DNA of 64,000 nucleotides, taken from positions 1 to 64,000 of the forward strand of contig JBIIHW010000009.1 of the NCBI GenBank assembly GCA_044235425.1, given 5' to 3'. The stretch is from Pirellulaceae bacterium (lineage in GTDB: Bacteria; Planctomycetota; Planctomycetia; Pirellulales; Pirellulaceae). The position numbers and the translations under genes are program-made. Below, piece after piece: positions 28,967 through 42,843 of this stretch (positions within the stretch are counted from its first letter, which is position 1; every line of letters starts with the position of its first letter). The notes under the pieces are model-generated. The model searched no databases. It was not told the DNA's origin and saw nothing but the letters and a program-made list of their open reading frames with translations.

Positions 28967-31900
28967 CTACGGGGCTACACGCACAATAACCCGTTTATTC
29001 GCTGTCTGCACGGAGATGGTGGTCACTTTGGCCGTGAGTCCAGTTTTCGTCGGTGTTGCACCAGCATACGTAAAGGTACCCGTGGTGGTGAGAATTGGAT
29101 AGTCGGTCGTCGTGTTCGACACGATTGAACCGGTGGCGATCCCGTTGATGACAAAGCCACCATTGGAAGCTGGCACCGTAAGATTACCGCCTCCAGTTTG
29201 CGTGAACACAACCTGAGGATTATTCACGTTAACTTGCATCGTCATCTTCGCCGCCGCCGTGCCTGCAAAGGTCATGTTGCCGCCACCCGTTACCGTATAC
29301 GAACGAGCGTTGAGGGATTGATTGATCGTGATCAAACCGGAATGATTCATCGTCAGACTTCCCATACGACTGACGCCTTCAAACAGATTCACCGGCCCAT
29401 TCGTGGTGAGCGTTCCACCGTTCAGGGTTAGATTACCACCAAACGTTCGCACGGCATTCGTGGTCGCCACTGTCTGCCGGAGCCGAATGGCGGCAGTGCC
29501 CGCCGAAAATGTACTGCTGGCTTGGCTTAAGAGGCGAGTATTCATCGTAACGGAGTCGAAGAGGGAAATGCCGCCCGGTGCGTTAATCACAATACCGCCC
29601 ATGTAGGCCACCAGGGTGTCGCCTGCCCCCACCGTTGTGAATGTGGTACCGGCAGTCAAATTCATCGAACCAGCAATCGTCGTCCCATTCAAGCTGATCG
29701 TCGTATCAAAGTTCATCGTCAACGTGCCTGTGGCTCCCGTCGTCGCACTGGCCGTTGCCGCTCGCACAGATTTCGAATTCAAATTCAAGAACGACCCGCC
29801 ACTCAATGTCACCCCCCCACCGTTTGATAAGATACTGCCGCGAGCCTCAAGAATACCTGTTCCAGAGTTGGCAGAAATCGTAGCCGAGCCAGATCCCGTC
29901 GCGGCCGCAATGGCCACATCGCCTCCCAGTGTCATGTTGCCAGCACTGGTTAAACCAATACTACCAACCAAAGCGGTGACGGCACCGCTCGTCGACAAGG
30001 TCGTGGCTGAATTGATCGTCACCGTCCCACCCAGCACTGCACCGGTGAAAGCCGTGGAGCCCGTCGTGGAGGTCACGGACAACGTATTTCCCGTGCCCGA
30101 AGCGGTACCGGTCGAGACCCCTGCCAAAGCCAACTGGCCGCCGGTGATGCTGATGGCCCCAACGGTACCCGTGGAAGCCGTGTTGATCGTACTGGTCGCT
30201 GTTACCGTCCCAGAAGCGTTGATCGTAACGGAACCCTCTCCCGTCGTCCCAGTCGCACTGACCGTCGTCAAATTCACCGTCCCCAGCGCGGTGATGGACA
30301 CCGCACCCGCACTGGCCGCCAAACCTGCCGTGGCGGTGACGTCGGTAGCGGAGTCCAGGGTAATCGAGCTACCGCCGACCGCTGCGGTGCGAATCGCTCC
30401 GGCTGTGGTCGTTATCGAAACCGGTCCAAAGCCCAGCACACTGTTGCCGGCATTCACCGCCACCAGAGTCGCTTGACTACCCGAAATCGTGACGGCACCT
30501 GCATTGGTCGTGATCGCCCCCGTAGCGGTCACTGCTCCAGTGGCTGCGAGGTTGACCGTACCCGGACCAATTGCTCCGGTGGCCGACACACCGGTCACGG
30601 AGAGGGAGCCAGCGGAGATAAAACCTATGTTTCCCGCACCGGCCGTCAAGACCCCGGTGGAAAGGTCGAAGGCCGATTGTATATCGATCGACGAACCCGT
30701 GACCGCTCCTAAGGTTCCCGCTTGAGTAGTCGTTGTAGTCGTGATGCTGACCGGTCCCAGGTTGGGAGACAAACCAGCAGCAATGCTGGTGGAAGTCGAT
30801 GCCAAGCTAATACGATCGGCGTTCAGGGTGATGCCACCGCCGTCCGTCGACATCGCCCCATTGATCGTTAAGGTACCAACTGCGGAAATCGCAATGGTTC
30901 CATTGCTACTCGGCCCCGACACGGCCGCTCCGGCAACTGTGATCGCTTGCGTGCCCGTCAGTTCCAGCGTACCACCGTTCAGATTGATGACGCCGGTCGA
31001 AATTGATCCGGAGGCACTCGACAGAGATAGCGTTGCTGCTGTCACGTTACCCGTCGACGCATTGCCGTCCGACGAAATATTAACTGCACCGCGCGTGGCA
31101 CCGCTGCCGGCGGTTACAGGCCCGAGGGACAACGTCCCGCTGTTGGCCGAAATCGTGATCGTCCCCCCATCGGTCGCCAAAGATTTCGAACCCGCGCCCG
31201 TGATCGAACCACCCGCACTGCTGACCGCAATCGTTCCACTTGGAGCACTCACTGCATTCAGCGAGATATTTCCCCCGGCGGTCACCGTGGCATTACCTTC
31301 AGCGGTGCTGAAGTCGAAAACACTGAGTGTGGTCGCAGCGGTCAGTGACACATCTCCCTTGGCCGTGCCACCCAACATGTTGATGGTACCTTGATTGATC
31401 GTTACCGTGCCGGCTCCCGTTCCCCCTAGCGTGTTGAAGTTCGTCGAATTGCCGATACCGCTGTAGGTTCCCGAGCCACTGTAGTTGAGGCTACCACCCA
31501 ATGTCACCACGGTATTATTTTGAGTGATATTCTCAGAATCAATTGTGACACTGGCACCGTTCGTCTGGTAATCGGTCGTAGTAATGGAGTAGGTGAGCGA
31601 GTCGGTACCGTCACCGCCGTAAATGTTCATCTGTACGCTCGGCTTCGGCGTCGACAACGTGGTGATGGTGCTGCCGTTGAAGCGAATGTTGGTCGCGCTC
31701 AGCTGCGTTAGCGTCACGGCGTCGTTCCCGCTGGTGAAGGTCACCGTTTCAGTGGCGATGGGCAGAGCCGTTGTGACCGCTTTCAGATTCAAATAACCGA
31801 TCTCACCCGGGCTGACCGCGGAAGCCCCTTCCTTCGCACCCGCGGCGATGATCCCCGAATTGGCATCAATCGACGTTGAGGAGAACGTGTCAAACTCATA

Positions 31901-33928
31901 GCTGCCATTCGTCGCCCCGTTTGCATCTACGAAGGTCAGCGTGTCCGTACCAGTTCCCACCCCCCCGTCATACACCGCCGGAAACTTCACACCCTGGTAG
32001 CTCAGTGGATCCCCATTGCTGTAATCCACCGTTAACGTATCGGTGGAATTTGCATTGCCGTTGATCTCGAGGTAGTCGACCAAGCCCACCGGAGTGTTCG
32101 TCGGAATAATGTTCACTCTGGAGCTATTCAGCACCATCAGCGTGGGACCGAAATGCGTCGAATCGGTTCCCAGAACCAACGTACATGATCCACCGCAGTT
32201 GACGACCAGGTTTTCTCGTACGTAGCCGAAAATCTTCAGGCCTTGACCGCCACCCGCCAGAGTCTCTACCTCGGGAATAAAAATCGTATACTCGTCTTCA
32301 TTGTCGATCGGCAAGATCGCCGTCAGGTTCATCCCGTTGTCGATGACTGATCCCGTGGTCTCGACAATCCGATAAATCGAGACATTTTCCACGTTGATCG
32401 CCCTGGGATCAAGATTCACCAGCGCCCCAGAAGCAAACTCCACATTGCCAACCGCACTCAACGCGGGCGTCGCCGTCGCCAAGTTCACATTCCAAACACT
32501 CGTGCTTCCGAAGACAATCTGGCCTGCGCCCGTGCTCGTAATTTTGTTCGTCGTCACTTCGCCGTTAAACGTTGAGGTGCCGCTGTGATCCAGCTTCAGT
32601 TCCGTCATAGGGACCGAAAACTTGCTGCCCGTCGTCTGCGTAAATGTAGTGCCCGATGACGTCAGCGTACCACCGACCCGCACGCTACCAATCGTGACGG
32701 CACCAGTGGCCGTGATCGTCAGATCGTTGCTATCGACTTGCGTTGTGCCGAGCGTCACGCTACTGCCGGATACCGTCACGTTCGCATTATTCGCCACCAA
32801 AAGGCTGGTGGAAACTCCCCCGCCGGCACTCAACGACACCGACGTCGCATCGGGCGCATCGACTCGCCCACCCAGAGCAATTGCTCCATCCGACGACAGG
32901 GACAGGCTACTACCGCGAATGAGGAAGGGCGAGGTGCTTGAAATACCCGCATTGGTGCCAACACTAAAGGAACTTGCATCAATGGGCGAACTGAGCGTTA
33001 CCGTGCCGGTCGCGGCGGGATTAAGCTGCACCGGACCACTGAGGGGCAGGGACCGGTTCGTTAAAATACCGGCAGCACCTGTCGTCGGCCTGCCAACGAT
33101 ATTGTTGCCCGAAATCGTGACCGAGCCACCGTCCGTGAGCACTGCTCCATAGGAAACATCACCGGTCGCCGAGACGGTCACATTGCCAACGGAGGAGCCA
33201 GTCGCAGCCGCAGAAACTCGGGCCGGCAAGTCCAAGTTTCCCGTGGCGGAAATCGAGATATCCCCCGTCAGCGAAGTCCACTCACCCGTACCCGTCACGC
33301 TGCCGCCGGTGAGCGAGATCGATCCGGAACTCACGTTGCCACTCCCCAGTGCGATGCCCGTCGTGGGGTAATTCAGCGACAGAGTTCCGCTATTGGTGGT
33401 CCAAGTCAAGCTGCCGGTCTTGACCAAGCTATTGCCGGACGCCGTGAACGTACCGCCAGAGACATTGATCGCGGTGGAGGTCAGCGTGAGGGTCTCGCTG
33501 GTAATACTGGCGCTGCGACCGCTGGTGATTTGCGTGAACCCAAAGTTGGTGCTCGATCCACTGAACGTGACCGCATCAGTGCCGTCACCGCCGTCAATCG
33601 TTAGCCCCGTGATGACACTCACGGCCCGCGCCTGCACACCCGCCGTGGTGGGGTCGAGGTCAGTGGCGCTTGCCAAGCCGCTAGTGGCCAGAGGAATATT
33701 ATGAGTGAGTACGCCTCCGGAACCCAGCGTGAGCACCAGCGAATCGTTATTCGAATCGCCCTGAAAGGTAACATCATTACCTGTGAGGGAGACATTGAAG
33801 GCCATGAGCGAGCGATCTTCCAGCCCTTCAAACCGTAGCCCGCCACGTCGCGCCCGTGCGTTTAAAGAACGACTCTTGCGAACCAGATTACGACGCCACG
33901 ATTTTTTCAGCCGACTTAACATACTCAC
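28967..33928 (-). CDS. giant Thr/Ser/Gly-rich beta-helix-like surface protein, paralog B
   Basis: 1653 aa. The N-terminal motif is RRGGLRFEGLEDRSLMA, followed by a region aligning to paralog A (DSNNDSLVLTLGSGGVLTHNIPL). The central module is conserved (CGGSCTLVLGTDSTHFGP ... DTLTVDYSNGDPL ... YDGGVGTGTDTLTFVDANGATNGSYEFDTF). Confidence 0.7.
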   Translation of the reverse strand: MSMLSRLKKSWRRNLVRKSRSLNARARRGGLRFEGLEDRSLMAFNVSLTGNDVTFQGDSNNDSLVLTLGSGGVLTHNIPLATSGLASATDLDPTTAGVQARAVSVITGLTIDGGDGTDAVTFSGSSTNFGFTQITSGRSASITSETLTLTSTAINVSGGTFTASGNSLVKTGSLTWTTNSGTLSLNYPTTGIALGSGNVSSGSISLTGGSVTGTGEWTSLTGDISISATGNLDLPARVSAAATGSSVGNVTVSATGDVSYGAVLTDGGSVTISGNNIVGRPTTGAAGILTNRSLPLSGPVQLNPAATGTVTLSSPIDASSFSVGTNAGISSTSPFLIRGSSLSLSSDGAIALGGRVDAPDATSVSLSAGGGVSTSLLVANNANVTVSGSSVTLGTTQVDSNDLTITATGAVTIGSVRVGGTLTSSGTTFTQTTGSKFSVPMTELKLDHSGTSTFNGEVTTNKITSTGAGQIVFGSTSVWNVNLATATPALSAVGNVEFASGALVNLDPRAINVENVSIYRIVETTGSVIDNGMNLTAILPIDNEDEYTIFIPEVETLAGGGQGLKIFGYVRENLVVNCGGSCTLVLGTDSTHFGPTLMVLNSSRVNIIPTNTPVGLVDYLEINGNANSTDTLTVDYSNGDPLSYQGVKFPAVYDGGVGTGTDTLTFVDANGATNGSYEFDTFSSTSIDANSGIIAAGAKEGASAVSPGEIGYLNLKAVTTALPIATETVTFTSGNDAVTLTQLSATNIRFNGSTITTLSTPKPSVQMNIYGGDGTDSLTYSITTTDYQTNGASVTIDSENITQNNTVVTLGGSLNYSGSGTYSGIGNSTNFNTLGGTGAGTVTINQGTINMLGGTAKGDVSLTAATTLSVFDFSTAEGNATVTAGGNISLNAVSAPSGTIAVSSAGGSITGAGSKSLATDGGTITISANSGTLSLGPVTAGSGATRGAVNISSDGNASTGNVTAATLSLSSASGSISTGVINLNGGTLELTGTQAITVAGAAVSGPSSNGTIAISAVGTLTINGAMSTDGGGITLNADRISLASTSTSIAAGLSPNLGPVSITTTTTTQAGTLGAVTGSSIDIQSAFDLSTGVLTAGAGNIGFISAGSLSVTGVSATGAIGPGTVNLAATGAVTATGAITTNAGAVTISGSQATLVAVNAGNSVLGFGPVSITTTAGAIRTAAVGGSSITLDSATDVTATAGLAASAGAVSITALGTVNLTTVSATGTTGEGSVTINASGTVTATSTINTASTGTVGAISITGGQLALAGVSTGTASGTGNTLSVTSTTGSTAFTGAVLGGTVTINSATTLSTSGAVTALVGSIGLTSAGNMTLGGDVAIAAATGSGSATISANSGTGILEARGSILSNGGGVTLSGGSFLNLNSKSVRAATASATTGATGTLTMNFDTTISLNGTTIAGSMNLTAGTTFTTVGAGDTLVAYMGGIVINAPGGISLFDSVTMNTRLLSQASSTFSAGTAAIRLRQTVATTNAVRTFGGNLTLNGGTLTTNGPVNLFEGVSRMGSLTMNHSGLITINQSLNARSYTVTGGGNMTFAGTAAAKMTMQVNVNNPQVVFTQTGGGNLTVPASNGGFVINGIATGSIVSNTTTDYPILTTTGTFTYAGATPTKTGLTAKVTTISVQTANKRVIVRVAP

Positions 33929-34259
33929 CCCTCTTATGACAAAACTGTCAGCTTCTCATCCGCAAGCGATGCCCATCCCTGAAACCCCTCGAGGACTGGC
34001 GACGCCTGGGAAAAAGATGCCCCTGATTGTCTGTAACTGCCCACGGCAACTATTAAATTTGTGTGCCGTCTCTCAAATCTGCCAGCCAATCCTGAAAGTG
34101 GCAGGCGACGATCGATGGCATAGTTGAGCATCGCATCCCGATTCGTGGAAGCGCGATTCGCGATAACGATAACGGCGTCCGTGATAAACGTCAAGCAATG
34201 ATCGTGAATCTTGTAAGCTCACCTTCCGCTATGACGTAAACGCAGCTTTCACCCGATAG

Positions 34260-35294
34260 TTATCGTGCGTTTCCGCCACGAAAGATGCGAAACTTGGTGG
34301 AAAAGAGAAGCTTTACTAGCCACTTCAGGGGACGCACGCGATCCTGCAGTGGGCCACCAACTCCGCTCAGCGCGTCGACGCAGCCGTTGAGTACGGCGTC
34401 CGCCCCTGCTAATCGGCCGGCACTTCGCTCATGCGCGTACATCCAGTAAACGTGCTGCCAATATTGCAGGCGTATTCGCCAGCGTCCGGCGCCCAAGACC
34501 GCCGCTCCGGCATGGGTGCGCACGAGCAATCCCAGGTTTCGCGCATCAAAATAGCGCTGCAGCGGCCGCGAATCGCGCGCAAAGGCACTCGAACCCTTGT
34601 GCCATACGAGCGGCTCGCTGACGATCCCGCAGCGCCACCCCGCGCGACGAGCCCGCAAACAAAATTCGGATTCCTCATGAATCAAAAAGAATCGTTCATC
34701 GATAAGTCCGACTTGGGCGAAGGTCGCGCTGCGGACCCACATCGCGCACCCATTCACCAGTTCGGTTTCCGCCACATGCGGAGGCTCGGTCGTCTGCCAC
34801 GGCACGGCGCGCCGCTGAAAAAATCCGCCGCCCACCGGATCGTTGAAAACCCAGCCGTCGGTGTTCACCTGCTGCGGTTCATCCATCCAGCAGATCACCG
34901 GCCCCAATATCCCGTGCTCGGGATGAGCCGCGGCGGCTGCCCGCATCCGCTCGAGCAGATTCTCGGCCACGATCGTGTCGTTATTCAGCAGTAAGATCGC
35001 CTCCGCTCCATCGTCCACAGCGCGGCGAATTCCTACGTTGTTTCCGCCCGACCAGCCCCTATTCTCCTCGCAGCGAATGATTTCGATCCAATCGTGCGCC
35101 GCTTGAATCTGTGCTACCGGTGACGGCTGAGTGCCATTTTCGACGAGGTAGACGCGCCAGTGGGGATCCCGCACGCGGCGCAGCGAATCCAGGCACTTCA
35201 GCGTGTCATCCAGCCCGCGGTAGCTGAGCACCACCACCGCCACGAGTCCCACCGCCGCTTCCGCGCTCGCTTCCACCCCGCTTGCTGCCCCCAT
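34260..35294 (-). CDS. family 2 glycosyltransferase
   Basis: GT-A fold motifs (VAVVVLSYRG..DTLKCLDSL, YLVENG, LLLNNDT, DxD-like). It is on the same strand as, and upstream of, the two giant genes. The start was set at the internal ATG (35294), preceded by GGAAG. The ORF could extend to 35435. Confidence 0.65.
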   Translation of the reverse strand: MGAASGVEASAEAAVGLVAVVVLSYRGLDDTLKCLDSLRRVRDPHWRVYLVENGTQPSPVAQIQAAHDWIEIIRCEENRGWSGGNNVGIRRAVDDGAEAILLLNNDTIVAENLLERMRAAAAAHPEHGILGPVICWMDEPQQVNTDGWVFNDPVGGGFFQRRAVPWQTTEPPHVAETELVNGCAMWVRSATFAQVGLIDERFFLIHEESEFCLRARRAGWRCGIVSEPLVWHKGSSAFARDSRPLQRYFDARNLGLLVRTHAGAAVLGAGRWRIRLQYWQHVYWMYAHERSAGRLAGADAVLNGCVDALSGVGGPLQDRVRPLKWLVKLLFSTKFRIFRGGNAR

Positions 35295-35519
35295 CCGCTT
35301 CCCCTCATTCCTGGTTCCTGCACCACGCGCCAGTCTGCCGCTCCAGCCACGCCTTCGAGAGACTAACTTGCCGCGCGCAGCCGAGCAATAAGCCAACTCG
35401 CCGAAAAACCTCCGGAATCTCCTGGTGGGAACCACTGCACCGGATTGACCCTAATCGCCAATCGTTCCACAATGCCAACTTTCACCCCAGGTCCGACTGC
35501 GGAGCGTCAAAGGAGCATC

Positions 35520-36977
35520 ATGGTCGAGTTTTCCGGAAAGATCTTGTTCGTCGGCTATGGAGCGGTCGCTCATTGCACCTTGCCGATCCTCCTCCAACAT
35601 GTTCGCGTCCCGCTGACCCAGATTTCGATCCTGGATTTTGAAGATCGAGCCGAGGACTTGCGGCCCTGGAGCGAGCAGGGTGTGAACTGGATTCGAGAGC
35701 GTGTCGAGCGGAGTAATTTACGTTCGCTGCTGGCCAAACATCTGAGCGCCGGCGACCTGCTCATCGACCTGGCTTGGAATATCGATTGCTGCGAAATCCT
35801 GCAGTGGTGCCACGATCACCAGGTCATGTATCTCAACACGTCCGTTGAGGTTTGGGACCCGTATGCCGGTGGCGACAACCAGCACCCGACCGAACGAACG
35901 CTCTACTGGCGGCACATGAACGTGCGGCGGATGATCGGCCGCTGGGAGCAGCCCGGGGCCACCGCTGTCCTGGAACATGGCGCCAACCCCGGACTCATTT
36001 CCCACTTCACTAAACAAGCTCTGCTCGATATCGCCGCCAAACTGGAAGAGGATGGCGAGCTGCAAGGCGCCTACGGAGAGCGGGTGCGACAGCACGTGCG
36101 TGACCAAGCCTTCAACCACCTCGCTCATCAGCTTGGTGTCAAAGTCATTCACTGCAGCGAGCGTGACACGCAAATCTCGAATGTCCCCAAAGAGGTCGAC
36201 GAGTTTGTCAACACGTGGAGCATCGAAGGGTTTCGAGAAGAGGGTACGACGACCGCGGAAATGGGCTGGGGAACTCACGAAAAAGAACTCCCACCGCTCG
36301 CCTTCGAACATGGCGATGGTCCGCGAAATCAGATCTGCCTGGCCAAAATGGGCATGAATACCTGGGTCCGCTCCTGGGTTCCCCATTACTGCATCCGCGG
36401 CATGGTGGTCCGCCACGGAGAAGCGTTCACCATCTCCGATGCACTCACCGTTTGGGAACAGGGCCAGCCGGTCTATCGTCCCACCGTGCACTATGCCTAC
36501 TGTCCCTGTGACGCCGCTCTCGTGTCGCTCAATGAACTGCGCGGCTACGATTACCAGCTGCAGCCGCGGCTGCGCATCATGTCGGATGAAATCACCAGCG
36601 GTGCCGACATCCTGGGAGCACTCGTCATGGGCCACGCCTACCAAAGCTGGTGGACGGGTAGCATCCTGAGCATCGAAGAGTCACGGCGGCTGGTACCCCA
36701 TCAGAATGCCACGACGATGCAAGTTGCCATCTCCGTCGTCGCCGCCGTCACTTGGATGATCGCCAACCCTACCCGCGGCGTCCTGGTTCCCGACCAGCTG
36801 CCGCACGAACATGTGCTGCGGATTTCCAAGCCCTACCTCGGAGAATTTGTCTCCGTGCCGTCCGCCTGGACGCCGCTCAAGCATGTCGCTCACTATTTTG
36901 GCGAGCACGGTCGACCAGACCTTGATCTGGCTGACCCCTGGCAGTTTAAGAACTTCGTCGTGGGCGAACGTGACTGA
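35520..36977 (+). CDS. hss: homospermidine synthase (NAD-dependent)
   Basis: Strong similarity to bacterial HSS blocks: N-terminal Rossmann ILFVGYGAVAHCTLP, then ERDTQ, FVNTWS.EGF, VYRPT.HYAY.PCD, LSIEE.RR, P.QNAT, PYLG and DPWQF. An AGGAG RBS lies 5 nt upstream of ATG 35520. The ORF-track start at 35445 is a TTG. Confidence 0.8.
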   Translation: MVEFSGKILFVGYGAVAHCTLPILLQHVRVPLTQISILDFEDRAEDLRPWSEQGVNWIRERVERSNLRSLLAKHLSAGDLLIDLAWNIDCCEILQWCHDHQVMYLNTSVEVWDPYAGGDNQHPTERTLYWRHMNVRRMIGRWEQPGATAVLEHGANPGLISHFTKQALLDIAAKLEEDGELQGAYGERVRQHVRDQAFNHLAHQLGVKVIHCSERDTQISNVPKEVDEFVNTWSIEGFREEGTTTAEMGWGTHEKELPPLAFEHGDGPRNQICLAKMGMNTWVRSWVPHYCIRGMVVRHGEAFTISDALTVWEQGQPVYRPTVHYAYCPCDAALVSLNELRGYDYQLQPRLRIMSDEITSGADILGALVMGHAYQSWWTGSILSIEESRRLVPHQNATTMQVAISVVAAVTWMIANPTRGVLVPDQLPHEHVLRISKPYLGEFVSVPSAWTPLKHVAHYFGEHGRPDLDLADPWQFKNFVVGERD

Positions 36978-37022
36978 TCGTTCCCTGTTCCGCTGTCCGT
37001 CTTACATCGGGAGAGTTCCTGA

Positions 37023-38165
37023 ATGATCACACCGCGAAAGTTGCAAAAGCTGGCGCGCGAACATGGCACTCCGTTATTCGTGATTGACCATGATGTAATT
37101 CGTAAAAACTACGCCACTTTTCGGCAGCATCTGCCGCGCGTGCAAGCCTACTACGCCGTGAAAGCCAACTCGGATCCCCTCATCGTCAAGACGCTGTTCG
37201 AGGAGGGAGCGAGCTTTGACGTGGCCAGCATGCCCGAATTCATGCTCGTCCACGACAACATCAAAAAGTTCTCTGCCAAAAAACGGCAGGAATTCATCTG
37301 GGACAAAGTCATCTACGCCAATCCCATCAAGCCCCCCAAGACCCTCGAGGAGCTGAACCAGTATCGACCGTTGGTCACGTACGATAATTTTGAAGAGGTG
37401 AAGAAGATCAAGCGGTATGCCCCCCAGGCGGGCGTGGTGCTGCGTGTCAAAGTGCCCAACACCGGCTCCGTCGTCGAACTCTCCTCCAAGTTTGGGGCCT
37501 CGTCGGGTGACGCCCTGCGCCTGATCGAAGCCGCCTTCGACGCCGGACTCACTGTCGAAGGACTCAGCTTCCACGTCGGAAGCCAGTGTGCCAATCCAAC
37601 CAACTACGTGCAGGCCCTGCAGTTGATGTCGAGCATCTTTCAGGAGGCGTGGCAGCGGGGCTACCCCCAGGTCAAAATACTCGACATCGGCGGCGGCTTT
37701 CCTGTCCCCTACGACGACCAGGTCCCCCCCTTCAAAACCCTCGCCAAAGTGCTCAACTCCGAATTCGACCGCCTGTTTCCCAAAGAAATGGAAATTGTGG
37801 CCGAGCCTGGTCGGTTCCTGGTCGCCACGGCAGCCCACCTGGTTACTGGCATCGTGGGCAAAGCGGTGCGCGACGGGAAACTCTGCTACTACATCGACGA
37901 TGGCGTCTACCATACGTTCTCCGGCGTGATCTTCGACCACATCCAGTATCACCTGCGCTCCTTCCGAGATGGCCCCAAACAGGTCTGCTCGGTGTTTGGC
38001 CCCACCTGCGACGCCCTCGACACCGTATCGTTGGCGGAACATCTGCCTGAGGATCTCGAGATCGGCGAACTGCTCTACAGCCAGAACGTCGGCGCCTACA
38101 CCCACGCCTCGTCGACCTATTTCAACGGTTTCCCACCGGCCAAAGTGATCCACGTGAATCGCTAG
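37023..38165 (+). CDS. ornithine (Orn/Lys/Arg-family) decarboxylase, PLP-dependent alanine-racemase-fold type
   Basis: PLP-lysine motif YAVKAN with FDVAS, the FHVGSQC motif and a C-terminal GAYT motif, all typical of eukaryotic-type ODC. It lies 45 nt downstream of hss. Confidence 0.75.
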   Translation: MITPRKLQKLAREHGTPLFVIDHDVIRKNYATFRQHLPRVQAYYAVKANSDPLIVKTLFEEGASFDVASMPEFMLVHDNIKKFSAKKRQEFIWDKVIYANPIKPPKTLEELNQYRPLVTYDNFEEVKKIKRYAPQAGVVLRVKVPNTGSVVELSSKFGASSGDALRLIEAAFDAGLTVEGLSFHVGSQCANPTNYVQALQLMSSIFQEAWQRGYPQVKILDIGGGFPVPYDDQVPPFKTLAKVLNSEFDRLFPKEMEIVAEPGRFLVATAAHLVTGIVGKAVRDGKLCYYIDDGVYHTFSGVIFDHIQYHLRSFRDGPKQVCSVFGPTCDALDTVSLAEHLPEDLEIGELLYSQNVGAYTHASSTYFNGFPPAKVIHVNR

Positions 38166-38419
38166 CGTGGTGATGAAAATCAAGCCGCCAGGGGCTGATG
38201 AGCCCCCCTGCCGGGGACGAGATAAAAAAGCCAGCCCCGTCCGCAGTTAAGCAGCTGAGCTGCCGACCGAATCTCGGGTAGTCGTGCGCGCCCACCAGTC
38301 GCTATACTCCCCCGCCAACTTGGATCGCGCTGGCTCACAAACACGGAAGTGAAACAACTCGCCAGCGCCCGAACGACTGCTAATTCCGGTTCACCTCCAT
38401 CGGACAGGGACGTCCGATC

Positions 38420-42832
<4,413 letters not shown>

Positions 42833-42843
42833 CGAAAGCGCCC

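Noticed and set aside
29616-31394. Several 200-290-aa plus-strand Pro/Val/Ala-rich ORFs inside the giant genes
   Set aside because: These are reverse-complement translations of the Thr/Gly/Ser codon repeats (ACC/GGT/GCC) of the minus-strand giant genes, so they are not independent genes.
35718-36644. 308-aa minus-strand ORF opposite hss
   Set aside because: It has no recognisable motifs and lies entirely antisense to a strongly supported gene. It is a typical high-GC shadow ORF.
37074-38183. 369-aa minus-strand ORF opposite the ODC gene
   Set aside because: It is an antisense shadow with Gly/Val/Asp-rich nonsense composition, and the ODC frame carries all the conserved motifs.
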